In this document: piece by piece, positions 35,905-43,469 of the stretch
How the letters are laid out: each line of letters starts with the position of its first letter
Numbering within the stretch: the stretch's first letter is position 1
Virus record (IMG/VR): IMGVR_UViG_3300045988_134091
Location: 1-52,932 of that record
Source: a virus
Length of the DNA stretch: 52,932 bases
Reading direction: 5' to 3' (one strand)
Translations under genes and position numbers: made by a program
Notes under the pieces: generated by a model
Database searches by the model: none
What the model saw: only the letters and a program-made list of their open reading frames with translations
What the model was told of the DNA's origin: nothing

Positions 35905-36148
35905 TTATTGTACCTCCAATGTATACTGTTGTGCCTCCGCTGGGGTTGCTTACGCGTGTCACTTCTATGGGGTTGACAATAACGTCTTCATTCATGGTTT
36001 TACCCTTTGTTTCAAGAGTTTTGCCACTAAAGTCCGGGTTAACCGTATAATCTCCTGTATAGAGGTCTCCACCAACACTCACTGTAACGGCAGGTTCCAC
36101 AATAAGTATATACTCTTCCGGGCAGATATGACCAATCCAGTTACTCAT
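35897..36148 (-). CDS. Small structural protein (shares the NPxGGxTVxIG C-terminal motif)
   Basis: VSNPSGGTTVYIGG; overlapping start and stop. Confidence 0.45.
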   Translation of the reverse strand: MSNWIGHICPEEYILIVEPAVTVSVGGDLYTGDYTVNPDFSGKTLETKGKTMNEDVIVNPIEVTRVSNPSGGTTVYIGGTING

Positions 36149-36452
36149 AACCAGTCTCCCTCAACAGCTCTTCTACACACAGAGGCGCAGCTAAAGATGC
36201 TTTTTTATTGCCATACTCATCTGTCCAGCAAAGTTGGCCTTTAGTCGGAGATGTGGTTAGCTTCATTGCATCTTTATATGGTATGGTGACTAAAAGCTTC
36301 CCATTCACATACTGCGCCGGAAACTCCATATATGCACCATACTGTTGTTTCACACAGAACAGGAAGTTTCTTGCATTGGAAAAGTCAACCAGCTCGCCGT
36401 TCCTGCCTTTTCGCACCGACAAAACCAGTTTTGATTCAATTCTCTGGAGCAT
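36141..36452 (-). CDS. Hypothetical protein
   Basis: ORF track; overlaps the portal stop. Confidence 0.5.
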   Translation of the reverse strand: MLQRIESKLVLSVRKGRNGELVDFSNARNFLFCVKQQYGAYMEFPAQYVNGKLLVTIPYKDAMKLTTSPTKGQLCWTDEYGNKKASLAAPLCVEELLRETGYE

Positions 36453-37986
36453 TGTTATTCACATCCTCCTCGGCCTGACCATTGATGCTCTCTCCTCCCT
36501 CACTCTCATTCAGATCCATAAAAGAATCTTCAAGGATTTGGCGCTCAAGAGCAATCTGTCTCAGCTCCTCCTCGGCCTCATCATCGGTCAGATTGCGCCA
36601 CTTCTTCATGTAGGATTTGCGGCTCATAGTCTGCGCGGTGACCTCAGCCAAGTCGGTCTGCTTCTCCTCTTGCTCATCCTCAGGCAGAGAATATTGATTG
36701 TCCACTCGGATTGTATATCCAATATCAGGCAGGGCCTCGTCAATGTAAAACTGCCCAGCCTTGGGGTACAGCCGTACACCCTCAATGATACATCTACCAA
36801 GGAACTGAAGTGCGGGCCTCCAGGCAAGCATCTTCTCGTCGCAGCGGACAATCAAATCCCAGTAAATGGCCTTCAGGGTCTTTCCAGAGGACACAACACC
36901 TTTCAGAGCTTCAGGAGATACATTGGGAACAGCGCACTGCTCATACATTGTGTTCTTGATTCTGTCAAGTGTGGTTCCCAGTGGGGTGGAATAACTCATA
37001 GGAGAATCCAACACACCCACCTGAGCAGAGCGGTCAACAGCCTGATTCTGGTCTGAAGACAAATCCCAAAAAGCACCTGCGGAAATAGACAATCCCTTGG
37101 TGGACTCAGGAGAGGCATCCACAGTATAGCGGATCGGATTCATACCTTTGCGCTCTGCATCCATATCGGCTGCGGCCAAACGGCTGTACCAGCTTTCATA
37201 ATCCTCCAGCTGAGAGATTTCAGACACTCCAATCAGGTCACCCGTCAGGCCATCGTTTACAATGACCCAAGCAGGGATGAAGGAAAACCGGGTCTGTGTA
37301 TCAGGCTGGATTTCCTCAACCAGCTGGCCCATACCGTTGTACACATTCTCAGAGTAGTAGCACAGGCCATTCTGCATCCAATACTTCTTCTTGTAAATGC
37401 GTTGGTCAACCTTGGCTTTCTCGTCATTCAACCCATAAAATGCCACAATCTTGGTCAGAATGTTGGCGTTGTTAGGATCAACATCGTACACAAACTCAAG
37501 GCTGGGAAGGAAGCTGACCTGAATGCCGCTGTCCTCGTTGATGTTGAACATGAGGGCCACTCTTTTGCTGATGAAGCAATCCTTGGCAGCTTTGAGCAGA
37601 GCATTTTTGAAGCCGTTTTCCTCCAGAACATTGTCAATCAAAGTCTGGTAAATGGTTCCCGCATCTTTGGCTGCTTCCCGCTCCGCTTTGTTCCCACCCA
37701 GGTCTACATCCACATAAAAGTCGGGGGATTTGGAGAACAAAAAGCGCACTTCTTTGTCCAGCAGAGAGCGGGTCGTCTTGTATCTCAGGTCTGCAGGCGT
37801 GTAGTCCAGCTGGCCCTCCTGAACATAGGGAGCACCGTGCTCATACACATTATACAGCCGGATAACTTCATACATATCCTCCAGGACATTTGTGCCATAC
37901 AAGCCCTCCAACTCAGCCTTGATAATGCTGGTAGGAATGTTCAAAAGCCTTGTTACATCAACCGTTGCTTGTAATTTGTCAGCCAT
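36436..37986 (-). CDS. Portal protein (SPP1 gp6-like)
   Basis: ggggtgag RBS upstream of ATG 37986; size, position and acidic C-terminus. Confidence 0.85.
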   Translation of the reverse strand: MADKLQATVDVTRLLNIPTSIIKAELEGLYGTNVLEDMYEVIRLYNVYEHGAPYVQEGQLDYTPADLRYKTTRSLLDKEVRFLFSKSPDFYVDVDLGGNKAEREAAKDAGTIYQTLIDNVLEENGFKNALLKAAKDCFISKRVALMFNINEDSGIQVSFLPSLEFVYDVDPNNANILTKIVAFYGLNDEKAKVDQRIYKKKYWMQNGLCYYSENVYNGMGQLVEEIQPDTQTRFSFIPAWVIVNDGLTGDLIGVSEISQLEDYESWYSRLAAADMDAERKGMNPIRYTVDASPESTKGLSISAGAFWDLSSDQNQAVDRSAQVGVLDSPMSYSTPLGTTLDRIKNTMYEQCAVPNVSPEALKGVVSSGKTLKAIYWDLIVRCDEKMLAWRPALQFLGRCIIEGVRLYPKAGQFYIDEALPDIGYTIRVDNQYSLPEDEQEEKQTDLAEVTAQTMSRKSYMKKWRNLTDDEAEEELRQIALERQILEDSFMDLNESEGGESINGQAEEDVNNNAPEN

Positions 37987-37999
37987 GTTCTCACCCCTT

Positions 38000-38203
38000 T
38001 CAAAATCGTTTTCTGTTGCATTTTTCACTTATCAAGTTGCGTTTCCAAATTTGTTCTGACTCATATGCGTCTGCAGGATGTACTTTGCGTTCTTCAGCCT
38101 TTACCCGCTCAAGCTCTGCCTTGAAAGTCTTGTATGCTGTACAACTCCCATGGCAGAGCTCAGAACGGGATTCACACCCCAAACAGGGGGCATGGGGCCT
38201 CAT
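38000..38203 (-). CDS. Small Cys-rich protein
   Basis: CLGCESRSELCHGSC. Confidence 0.45.
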   Translation of the reverse strand: MRPHAPCLGCESRSELCHGSCTAYKTFKAELERVKAEERKVHPADAYESEQIWKRNLISEKCNRKRF

Positions 38204-38409
38204 TCCTTGCCAGAGTTTGCATCAATTGCGTTCTGCTGCTTCTGGCTCTGAGTACCAAAGTAAAACGCAATGACAACAGCATAGACGGTCATAAATTCCT
38301 GGCTGATGGTCCCGTTCAGTGCCATGATTGCAAAAACAACCGTCAGACACAGCGTCACCAAAGACTTCACAGACAGAAGATCGGTCACCCGTTTAATCAC
38401 CTTGTCCAT
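38200..38409 (-). CDS. Small two-TM membrane protein (holin-like candidate)
   Basis: aaggagg lies upstream of ATG 38409; SLVTLCLTVVFAIMAL and FMTVYAVVIAFYFG. Confidence 0.4.
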   Translation of the reverse strand: MDKVIKRVTDLLSVKSLVTLCLTVVFAIMALNGTISQEFMTVYAVVIAFYFGTQSQKQQNAIDANSGKE

Positions 38410-38686
38410 CTGCTTCACCTCCTTTACTCCTTCCGAACACAACTCCATCGTTGTGCTCAAAAATATTCTCCAAAACCTTCAGAAACCCCACCCCCAGAAT
38501 TGTGCGAATTGCGGGTTCAGAAAGCTCTGCCATGGTGTAGACTTGCCCCAGCTTGACTGTGGCATAGATTGCTATGCCATAGCTGGCGAATACCCAAATC
38601 AGGGCTGAGATTTGCGTTGTGACGAAGATGAACCGAGTGATTTGCATCAGCCGGGTTTTGGTCATCAGATTCTTTCCTTTGCTCAC
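38393..38686 (-). CDS. Small membrane protein
   Basis: ggagggg lies upstream of GTG 38686; [24 protein letters not shown]. Confidence 0.4.
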   Translation of the reverse strand: MSKGKNLMTKTRLMQITRFIFVTTQISALIWVFASYGIAIYATVKLGQVYTMAELSEPAIRTILGVGFLKVLENIFEHNDGVVFGRSKGGEADGQGD

Positions 38687-39996
38687 GCTGCTCCCCTCCT
38701 GCTGTTTCTGGGGATCTCTTTCACATCGGCCACCTCATAGTTGTCCAAGGCGTACCAGATTGCAGAGAATGTATGTGGGTCGATATTGAACTGATCATAG
38801 ATGGGATTATCCTGCTTATCTTTGGCATAGATGAGTGTGGACAGCTCCCGGATTGTATTGGGACAATTGGGAGAACAGATAATCTTGTGGAATCTCTTGA
38901 CTTTTCTGGTGTTCGCCAGTCTGGAGCCAGGGAATTTGTGGCAACCACGCATCCTGAAGCCGTTTTGGCGATAGAAAGCAATTGCCTTGGGGTCTTCACA
39001 GTCCGCAACAATCTGCTCATGGTCCAGACCTTCCTTGGCCAGCTCCTTGGCTGTCTTGTCATCGGTCATACCATTCTTGTAATATTCCCAATAGATGTAT
39101 AGGTATTTGTTCTTGTCATCAACAGCCAACCGTACAACAGCATTGTAAGATTCTTCAAAACCAAAGTCCATACCCACAAACCGGAACTTGGCCGGGATAG
39201 ACTGTACAGCTCTGAGCACTTCGTTGTGGCTCTTGGCCACCTCAAACTGGGGCAGCACCCTTTTACCATTCAGACCGAAACGACCCAATCTGGCAACTCT
39301 GTACAGATCAGGATCATATTCCTTCATCTGGTCCAGAGTCTCAATGTAGGATTGAGGCAGGAATAGATTGTCATCAGCAACGCTGTGATGGTAGTAGACC
39401 CCGTTCTTGACGATGGTTCTGCGCTGATACAGCAGGTTGTCGTCCAGAGTCACATGCTCATTTCCGTCCTCGTCTATTCTCTTGAAAAAGTGCTGATACA
39501 CCCAGTTCTCTGTGCCCACCGGGTTGGTGGAGAGAATGAAGTGAAGGCTGAGTGTGGGATGACGCAGACGACCAAGCAGCTCCTTGTAACCGGCATATTT
39601 GATTTCACTGCACTCCTCAAGCCATACGATGGAAACGCCATTGATGGATTTGAGCTTTGTGGGCTTGTCCATGCCCTTGAAGATGATTTTGGACCCATTA
39701 GGAAACTTGATTGTCATAGGACTTGTGGTGCAGCGCACCTTTTGTTTACCCGTGCCAATCAAGTCCAGCTCTTCCAGAATCTCAACAAGGAGGTCATAGC
39801 AGCTGTCTCGGATGGTATCAAAGACCTCACGAACAACCAGCACCTTGCGCTTCTCCTGTAGGCACTTGAGGATGATTTTGAGTGCAATGTGGTAGGATTT
39901 ACTGGAGCCATACCCACCCACTAGCAGGTATGTCTTGTAGTCCCAGTCAAAGAGGAAGGATTCAAACCGGGGATTGACCTCCTTGTCAACTACCAT
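38683..39996 (-). CDS. terL: Terminase large subunit (PBSX/XtmB-like)
   Basis: Walker [12 protein letters not shown]; LEECSE (Walker B-like); C-terminal nuclease-domain length. Confidence 0.9.
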   Translation of the reverse strand: MVVDKEVNPRFESFLFDWDYKTYLLVGGYGSSKSYHIALKIILKCLQEKRKVLVVREVFDTIRDSCYDLLVEILEELDLIGTGKQKVRCTTSPMTIKFPNGSKIIFKGMDKPTKLKSINGVSIVWLEECSEIKYAGYKELLGRLRHPTLSLHFILSTNPVGTENWVYQHFFKRIDEDGNEHVTLDDNLLYQRRTIVKNGVYYHHSVADDNLFLPQSYIETLDQMKEYDPDLYRVARLGRFGLNGKRVLPQFEVAKSHNEVLRAVQSIPAKFRFVGMDFGFEESYNAVVRLAVDDKNKYLYIYWEYYKNGMTDDKTAKELAKEGLDHEQIVADCEDPKAIAFYRQNGFRMRGCHKFPGSRLANTRKVKRFHKIICSPNCPNTIRELSTLIYAKDKQDNPIYDQFNIDPHTFSAIWYALDNYEVADVKEIPRNSRRGAA

Positions 39997-39998
39997 TG

Positions 39999-40229
39999 TC
40001 AGTCACCCGCCTCAGCAATCTGCTTGTTGATGTACTCACCCTCAGAGATGTACTGTTGAGCCATATCAACAGTGTACTGATAGATGGTCATCTTGCGCTG
40101 GATATTTGCCACAGCTCTTTTGTCCCCACGCTTCAGGGCATTGACCAGATTGGTCTTGGCCCGTCTAAGCTGAGTCTTATTGAACCGAACAACATCAGAA
40201 GGGGTTGCCACAAAAGTTTCAACTTTCAT
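39999..40229 (-). CDS. Hypothetical protein between terS and terL
   Basis: ATG 40229 lies inside track ORF 39999-40253. Confidence 0.45.
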   Translation of the reverse strand: MKVETFVATPSDVVRFNKTQLRRAKTNLVNALKRGDKRAVANIQRKMTIYQYTVDMAQQYISEGEYINKQIAEAGD

Positions 40230-40911
40230 CAGTGTCCCTCCTTCCTCGCACAATATTGATGGTCAGGTTGTCATCCTCGTTACCCTCATCAATCAGTCTG
40301 CGCTTGAGCTCAAACTCATCCCGACGCAGCTGAGAATCGGCTTTGGCTTTCTTGATATCAGCCTGTTCCTTGTGCCCAACCCAATTGTAGCAACAGTCAA
40401 GAACAAATTGAGCACCCCTCTGACCATCTTTGTCATACAATCGTTTTTCAGCATAGGCTTCAATGGTCTGCTTTGCTTTCAGTATAACGCGGGAGAATGT
40501 CAGCTTGTCATCTGTCTCAGCTTTCATCTCATCCAATACTTCATCAATGAACCCGTCTTGGTATTTCTTCAGGGTAGTCGTTGATACTCCCAAGTACAAG
40601 CTCAAGCCTGACACTGTGTAAGGTTGAACTTGGACTTTTACAAGGTTTCCTTGCTTGTCATACACAAGTTGACCCCATTTGTCAATCAAAGGCCCATTGC
40701 AGCTCTCAAAGTACTCGTTGACCATACACTGCAGATGTTCCGGGCTCATGAATTTCCGCTTCATCCCTTTTGAAGGGTTCAACCGTCCATTGAAAGGATT
40801 GTGCGGATTTCTGATACCTCTCAAGTCCAGTTCCAGATGTCGCTCATCCTTGAGGATGTACCGCACAACAGGCTTCTTTGGTGCGTCAATAATGATTTGC
40901 TTTTTTGCCAT
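40219..40911 (-). CDS. terS: Terminase small subunit
   Basis: gggaggg lies upstream of ATG 40911; PYTVSGLSLYLGVSTTTLKKY HTH; first gene of the late operon. Confidence 0.75.
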   Translation of the reverse strand: MAKKQIIIDAPKKPVVRYILKDERHLELDLRGIRNPHNPFNGRLNPSKGMKRKFMSPEHLQCMVNEYFESCNGPLIDKWGQLVYDKQGNLVKVQVQPYTVSGLSLYLGVSTTTLKKYQDGFIDEVLDEMKAETDDKLTFSRVILKAKQTIEAYAEKRLYDKDGQRGAQFVLDCCYNWVGHKEQADIKKAKADSQLRRDEFELKRRLIDEGNEDDNLTINIVRGRRDTDES

Positions 40912-40960
40912 GTACACCCTCCCTTCTTTGTCAATACAACGGGTTCCCCCGTTTACACCT

Positions 40961-40989
40961 ATATTACTATAAGTATTCGGAAAAGTAAA
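40961..40989 (-). promoter_or_regulatory. Class B promoter B3 (CTTTACTTTTCCGA type) upstream of terS
   Basis: - strand TTTACT (40989-84), 17 nt, TAATAT (40966-61); the 14-mer CTTTACTTTTCCGA is shared with B2. Confidence 0.55.
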
Positions 40990-41158
40990 GCATTTACTCC
41001 CAAAATAAACAAGATTTGTGTATTTTTCACGATTTTTCTTGAGTTTTACCCTCAAAATAAATAGAAATTCGAGCCCAGGGGGCACGCCCTATACCCGGCG
41101 CAGCCGATTTTACCGAAAAACATGTGAGTGTTCATGTATTCAGACTTGTTTACACTTT

Positions 41159-41214
41159 CACGATTATAACGCCGTAATCGTGTCTTGAACCACGCGATTA
41201 TGGCGGCGTATCGC
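41159..41214. repeat. Two related short inverted repeats upstream of the late operon
   Basis: cacgatta-taacgccg-taatcgtg (41159-82) and gcgatta-tggcggc-gtatcgc (41194-214). Confidence 0.6.
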
Positions 41215-41672
41215 ATCTGTGGAAATACACTCAAGCCCTCATAATTCCATACAAGTACACGACTATTTTCTGTTTTCCCTTGAGGGGTTGAGCCCTTTTC
41301 CTTGACTTTTGAGGGAGGCTTTTTCTTGATATTACTTCTGGGAGTTATTCATTCACCCCGAAAAATAGGCGGAAATGCGAAAAATTGCTTGATACTACTC
41401 CCGCGAGTAATGCAAAAATAGGTAAAATAGTCTCATAATCACACTCAAGTGCACGAAAATGGTGGTGAAGGTTCATTGGTGAAAAAGTGAGAAAACGAAA
41501 CTTTCTCTCAATGGTGGTTCAGCAGCCTTGAAAATCCCGCCTATTTTTAGTCCTATCTCTTTTATATATAAATAGTATATTATACTTTCTATTTTATATA
41601 TATTTTCTATTACCTCTAAAAATAGAGTGTAAAAATAGGCGTTGATAAACTTGAGTGAATCTTGTGTGTTTA

Positions 41673-41761
41673 CGCCTATTTTACTGTTACTCCACGGAGT
41701 AAAATGTTTGAACTCTCAGAGACACTTTTTCCGCTTTACGCCTATTTTTATACCTATTTTT
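41673..41761. repeat. 89-bp direct repeat, copy a
   Basis: Aligns without gaps to 41902-41990, about 85 percent identity by hand count. Confidence 0.85.
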
Positions 41762-41901
41762 CGATTTCATCCCCAATAAATCCGCCTATTTTTAGAAAAT
41801 TCCCCCATACTTGTACACCCTCCCCCCTTAAATTTTCGTTACCTCCGGCGATAGAGTGTAAAAATAGTCTCATAATTTGCCCCAAAATCCTTGGGGAATT
41901 G

Positions 41902-41990
41902 CGCCTATTTTACTGTTACTCCGTGAAGTAAAATCCTTGAACTCTCAGAGGCGATTTTTTCATTTCCCGCCTATTTTTATACCTATTTTT
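41902..41990. repeat. 89-bp direct repeat, copy b
   Basis: Aligns without gaps to 41673-41761. Confidence 0.85.
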
Positions 41991-41996
41991 GCAAAA

Positions 41997-42059
41997 TTGA
42001 TATATCAACAAATTCCTTGACCCCTATTGAGACTATTTTTACACTTTTTGATATATCAA
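41997..42059 (+). promoter_or_regulatory. Promoter-like element flanked by two identical 12-bp palindromes (candidate operators)
   Basis: TTGATATATCAA at 41997-42008 and 42048-42059; TTGACC 42017-22, 17 nt, TACACT 42040-45 between them. Confidence 0.5.
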
Positions 42060-42190
42060 AAACTCGCTCCCGCTGTGAAAAATTATTCTTGACTCCCAAG
42101 TGACCATTTGTGAGGATTTCAACAAGCCCAAGCAATAACTTCTGGAGCTGCCACAGTTTCAAAATTTTTTCAAAAGTTTCAAAATTTCGC

Positions 42191-42238
42191 TTGACTTTTC
42201 CAATTCTTGGTAGTATGATATGATTGTAAAGAGGAAAG
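42191..42238 (+). promoter_or_regulatory. Class A promoter A3 plus conserved leader box
   Basis: TTGACT 42191-96, 17 nt, TATGAT 42214-19, then ATGATTGTAAAGAGGAAAG. Confidence 0.75.
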
Positions 42239-42287
42239 AACACTCAAAGAAAACACGACAGGCCAAAAGGCCGGAAAGGACAACAAA

Positions 42288-42779
42288 ATGGAAAGCATTA
42301 AAGTCACCTCTCAGAATCAGCTTGATAAGCTGCCGACCAATTACATTGGAAGAATTTGCGTTTGCTTCGGGACTCCGATCAACCCCGCAATTATAAGAGG
42401 CGAGCATAAATACGCCACTATTCTAGTCGCTGGCCACAGTTGCGCGGTAGTTATGGGCGATGCCCACATCATCGCGCGCGACAGCAGCAGCGTTGTGGCA
42501 CTTGGCGGCAGCACTGTTGCGGCGCACAATAGCAGCCATGTCGAGGCACGAGACGTCAGCAGCGTTGTGGCTTTTGATTATAGCACCGTCGTCGCTTGGG
42601 ATCGCAGCCACGTCGAGGCACGCGGCCACGTATGCGTCGACGCGCGCGATGACAGTGAGATTAACGTCGTTATGCTGAACAACACCATTGTCGCGCGGGA
42701 CAACAGCAAAGTTGAGGCATGGAGCGGCAACAACATCACGGCGCTTGGCAACGCCACTGTCCTGTATTTTGATCTCTAA
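42288..42779 (+). CDS. Beta-solenoid-like repeat protein (about 8-residue xSxVxAxD repeats)
   Basis: SSHVEARD/VSSVVAFD/YSTVVAWD/RSHVEARG/HVCVDARD... tandem units; GC-rich; first gene after promoter A3. Confidence 0.65.
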   Translation: MESIKVTSQNQLDKLPTNYIGRICVCFGTPINPAIIRGEHKYATILVAGHSCAVVMGDAHIIARDSSSVVALGGSTVAAHNSSHVEARDVSSVVAFDYSTVVAWDRSHVEARGHVCVDARDDSEINVVMLNNTIVARDNSKVEAWSGNNITALGNATVLYFDL

Positions 42780-42797
42780 TCCCGCACCACTGATGTG

Positions 42798-42854
42798 CCC
42801 AACTGACGAGAGCCGGATGGCGACCGGCCGAAACGTCCTGATGGGCGTCTTGGG
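42798..42854 (+). ncRNA. Type I hammerhead ribozyme HH-2
   Basis: Stem I CCCAA/UUGGG. CUGACGA 42803-09. Stem II GCCGG/CCGGC. GAAA 42830-33. Stem III ACGUCC-UGAU-GGGCGU. GUC 42847-49. Compensatory changes in stems II and III relative to HH-1. Confidence 0.85.
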
Positions 42855-42898
42855 AAGCCAAAACAGCAGGCCGCAGTGCGGCCGGAAAGGACAACAAA

Positions 42899-43054
42899 AT
42901 GAAAGTATTTGGAGACCCGCGCGCACGGGCAAAGGCGCGCAAATACATCGTCTGGGGCATCGAGGATGGTATCGTCTGCGCAAGCTTCCTCGGTGGTATC
43001 GCGCTGGCTGGATGGGTATTCCATGTGATCTTCACGGCATTGGGGGTGGAATGA
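42899..43054 (+). CDS. Small TM protein (51 aa)
   Basis: Hand translation MKVFGDPRARAKARKYIVWGIEDGIVCASFLGGIALAGWVFHVIFTALGVE; same leader sequence as gene 42288. Confidence 0.45.
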   Translation: MKVFGDPRARAKARKYIVWGIEDGIVCASFLGGIALAGWVFHVIFTALGVE

Positions 43055-43326
43055 TGGAGAATCCAATCGAGAAGGTGCGTGAGTTGCTGAACCGGCCGCG
43101 CTCAAGTACAGATTTCTCGCCGGCTGCAAGATACGCCGTCAGCAGATTGTGCGACTATGCCGCGCAGGAGCACGAGCAGCGGGAGAAGGCGGAAACCATG
43201 CTCTGTAACGAACGGCGCAAGGCACTTGCGTTTTCCGCAGAAATGGCGCGGCAGGAACGCAACATCGACGACCTGCGGCAGCAGCTGTCATTTATGCAAC
43301 AGGCAATGCAGGACGCGGGGATGTAA
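43051..43326 (+). CDS. Small coiled-coil protein (91 aa)
   Basis: ATGA overlap with the previous ORF; internal part of track ORF 42688-43326. Confidence 0.5.
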   Translation: MMENPIEKVRELLNRPRSSTDFSPAARYAVSRLCDYAAQEHEQREKAETMLCNERRKALAFSAEMARQERNIDDLRQQLSFMQQAMQDAGM

Positions 43327-43333
43327 ATCTGAA

Positions 43334-43469
43334 TCCCACCTGACGATGGCCCAGCTGGTAACTGGCCGAAACACCCCGAAACGGAAAGCCTGGTTGGAAA
43401 GTACCTGCAACGACAGGGAGGATACAATTAGATGCGCCGTGGCGATAGTGCGAGAGGGGTGTCGTGGGA
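43334..43469 (+). ncRNA. Type I hammerhead ribozyme HH-3 with a roughly 78-nt insertion in stem III
   Basis: Stem I UCCCAC(43334-39)/GUGGGA(43464-69). CUGACGA 43340-46. Stem II GGCC.AG/CU.GGCC. GAAA 43368-71. Stem III ACACCCC(43371-77)/GGGGUGU(43456-62). GUC 43461-63. Confidence 0.65.

Larger units (their letters stand above)
41362..41990. repeat. Iteron field: CGCCTATTTT 10-mer x8 (6 forward, 2 reverse) plus degenerate copies around an AT-rich core; candidate replication origin
   Basis: Forward copies at 41538, 41673, 41739, 41783, 41902 and 41968. Reverse copies at 41362 and 41632. AT-rich tatatataaatagtatattatac... at about 41560-41615. Confidence 0.7.

Noticed and set aside
41362-42060. 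Repeat field considered as a CRISPR array or as coding sequence (track ORFs 41662-41931 and 41983-42243)
   Set aside because: The repeats are 10-mers in both orientations with irregular spacing, plus two long imperfect direct repeats. They are not regularly spaced 25-40-bp repeats with unique spacers. The ORFs are AT-rich, repeat-derived and lack RBSs.
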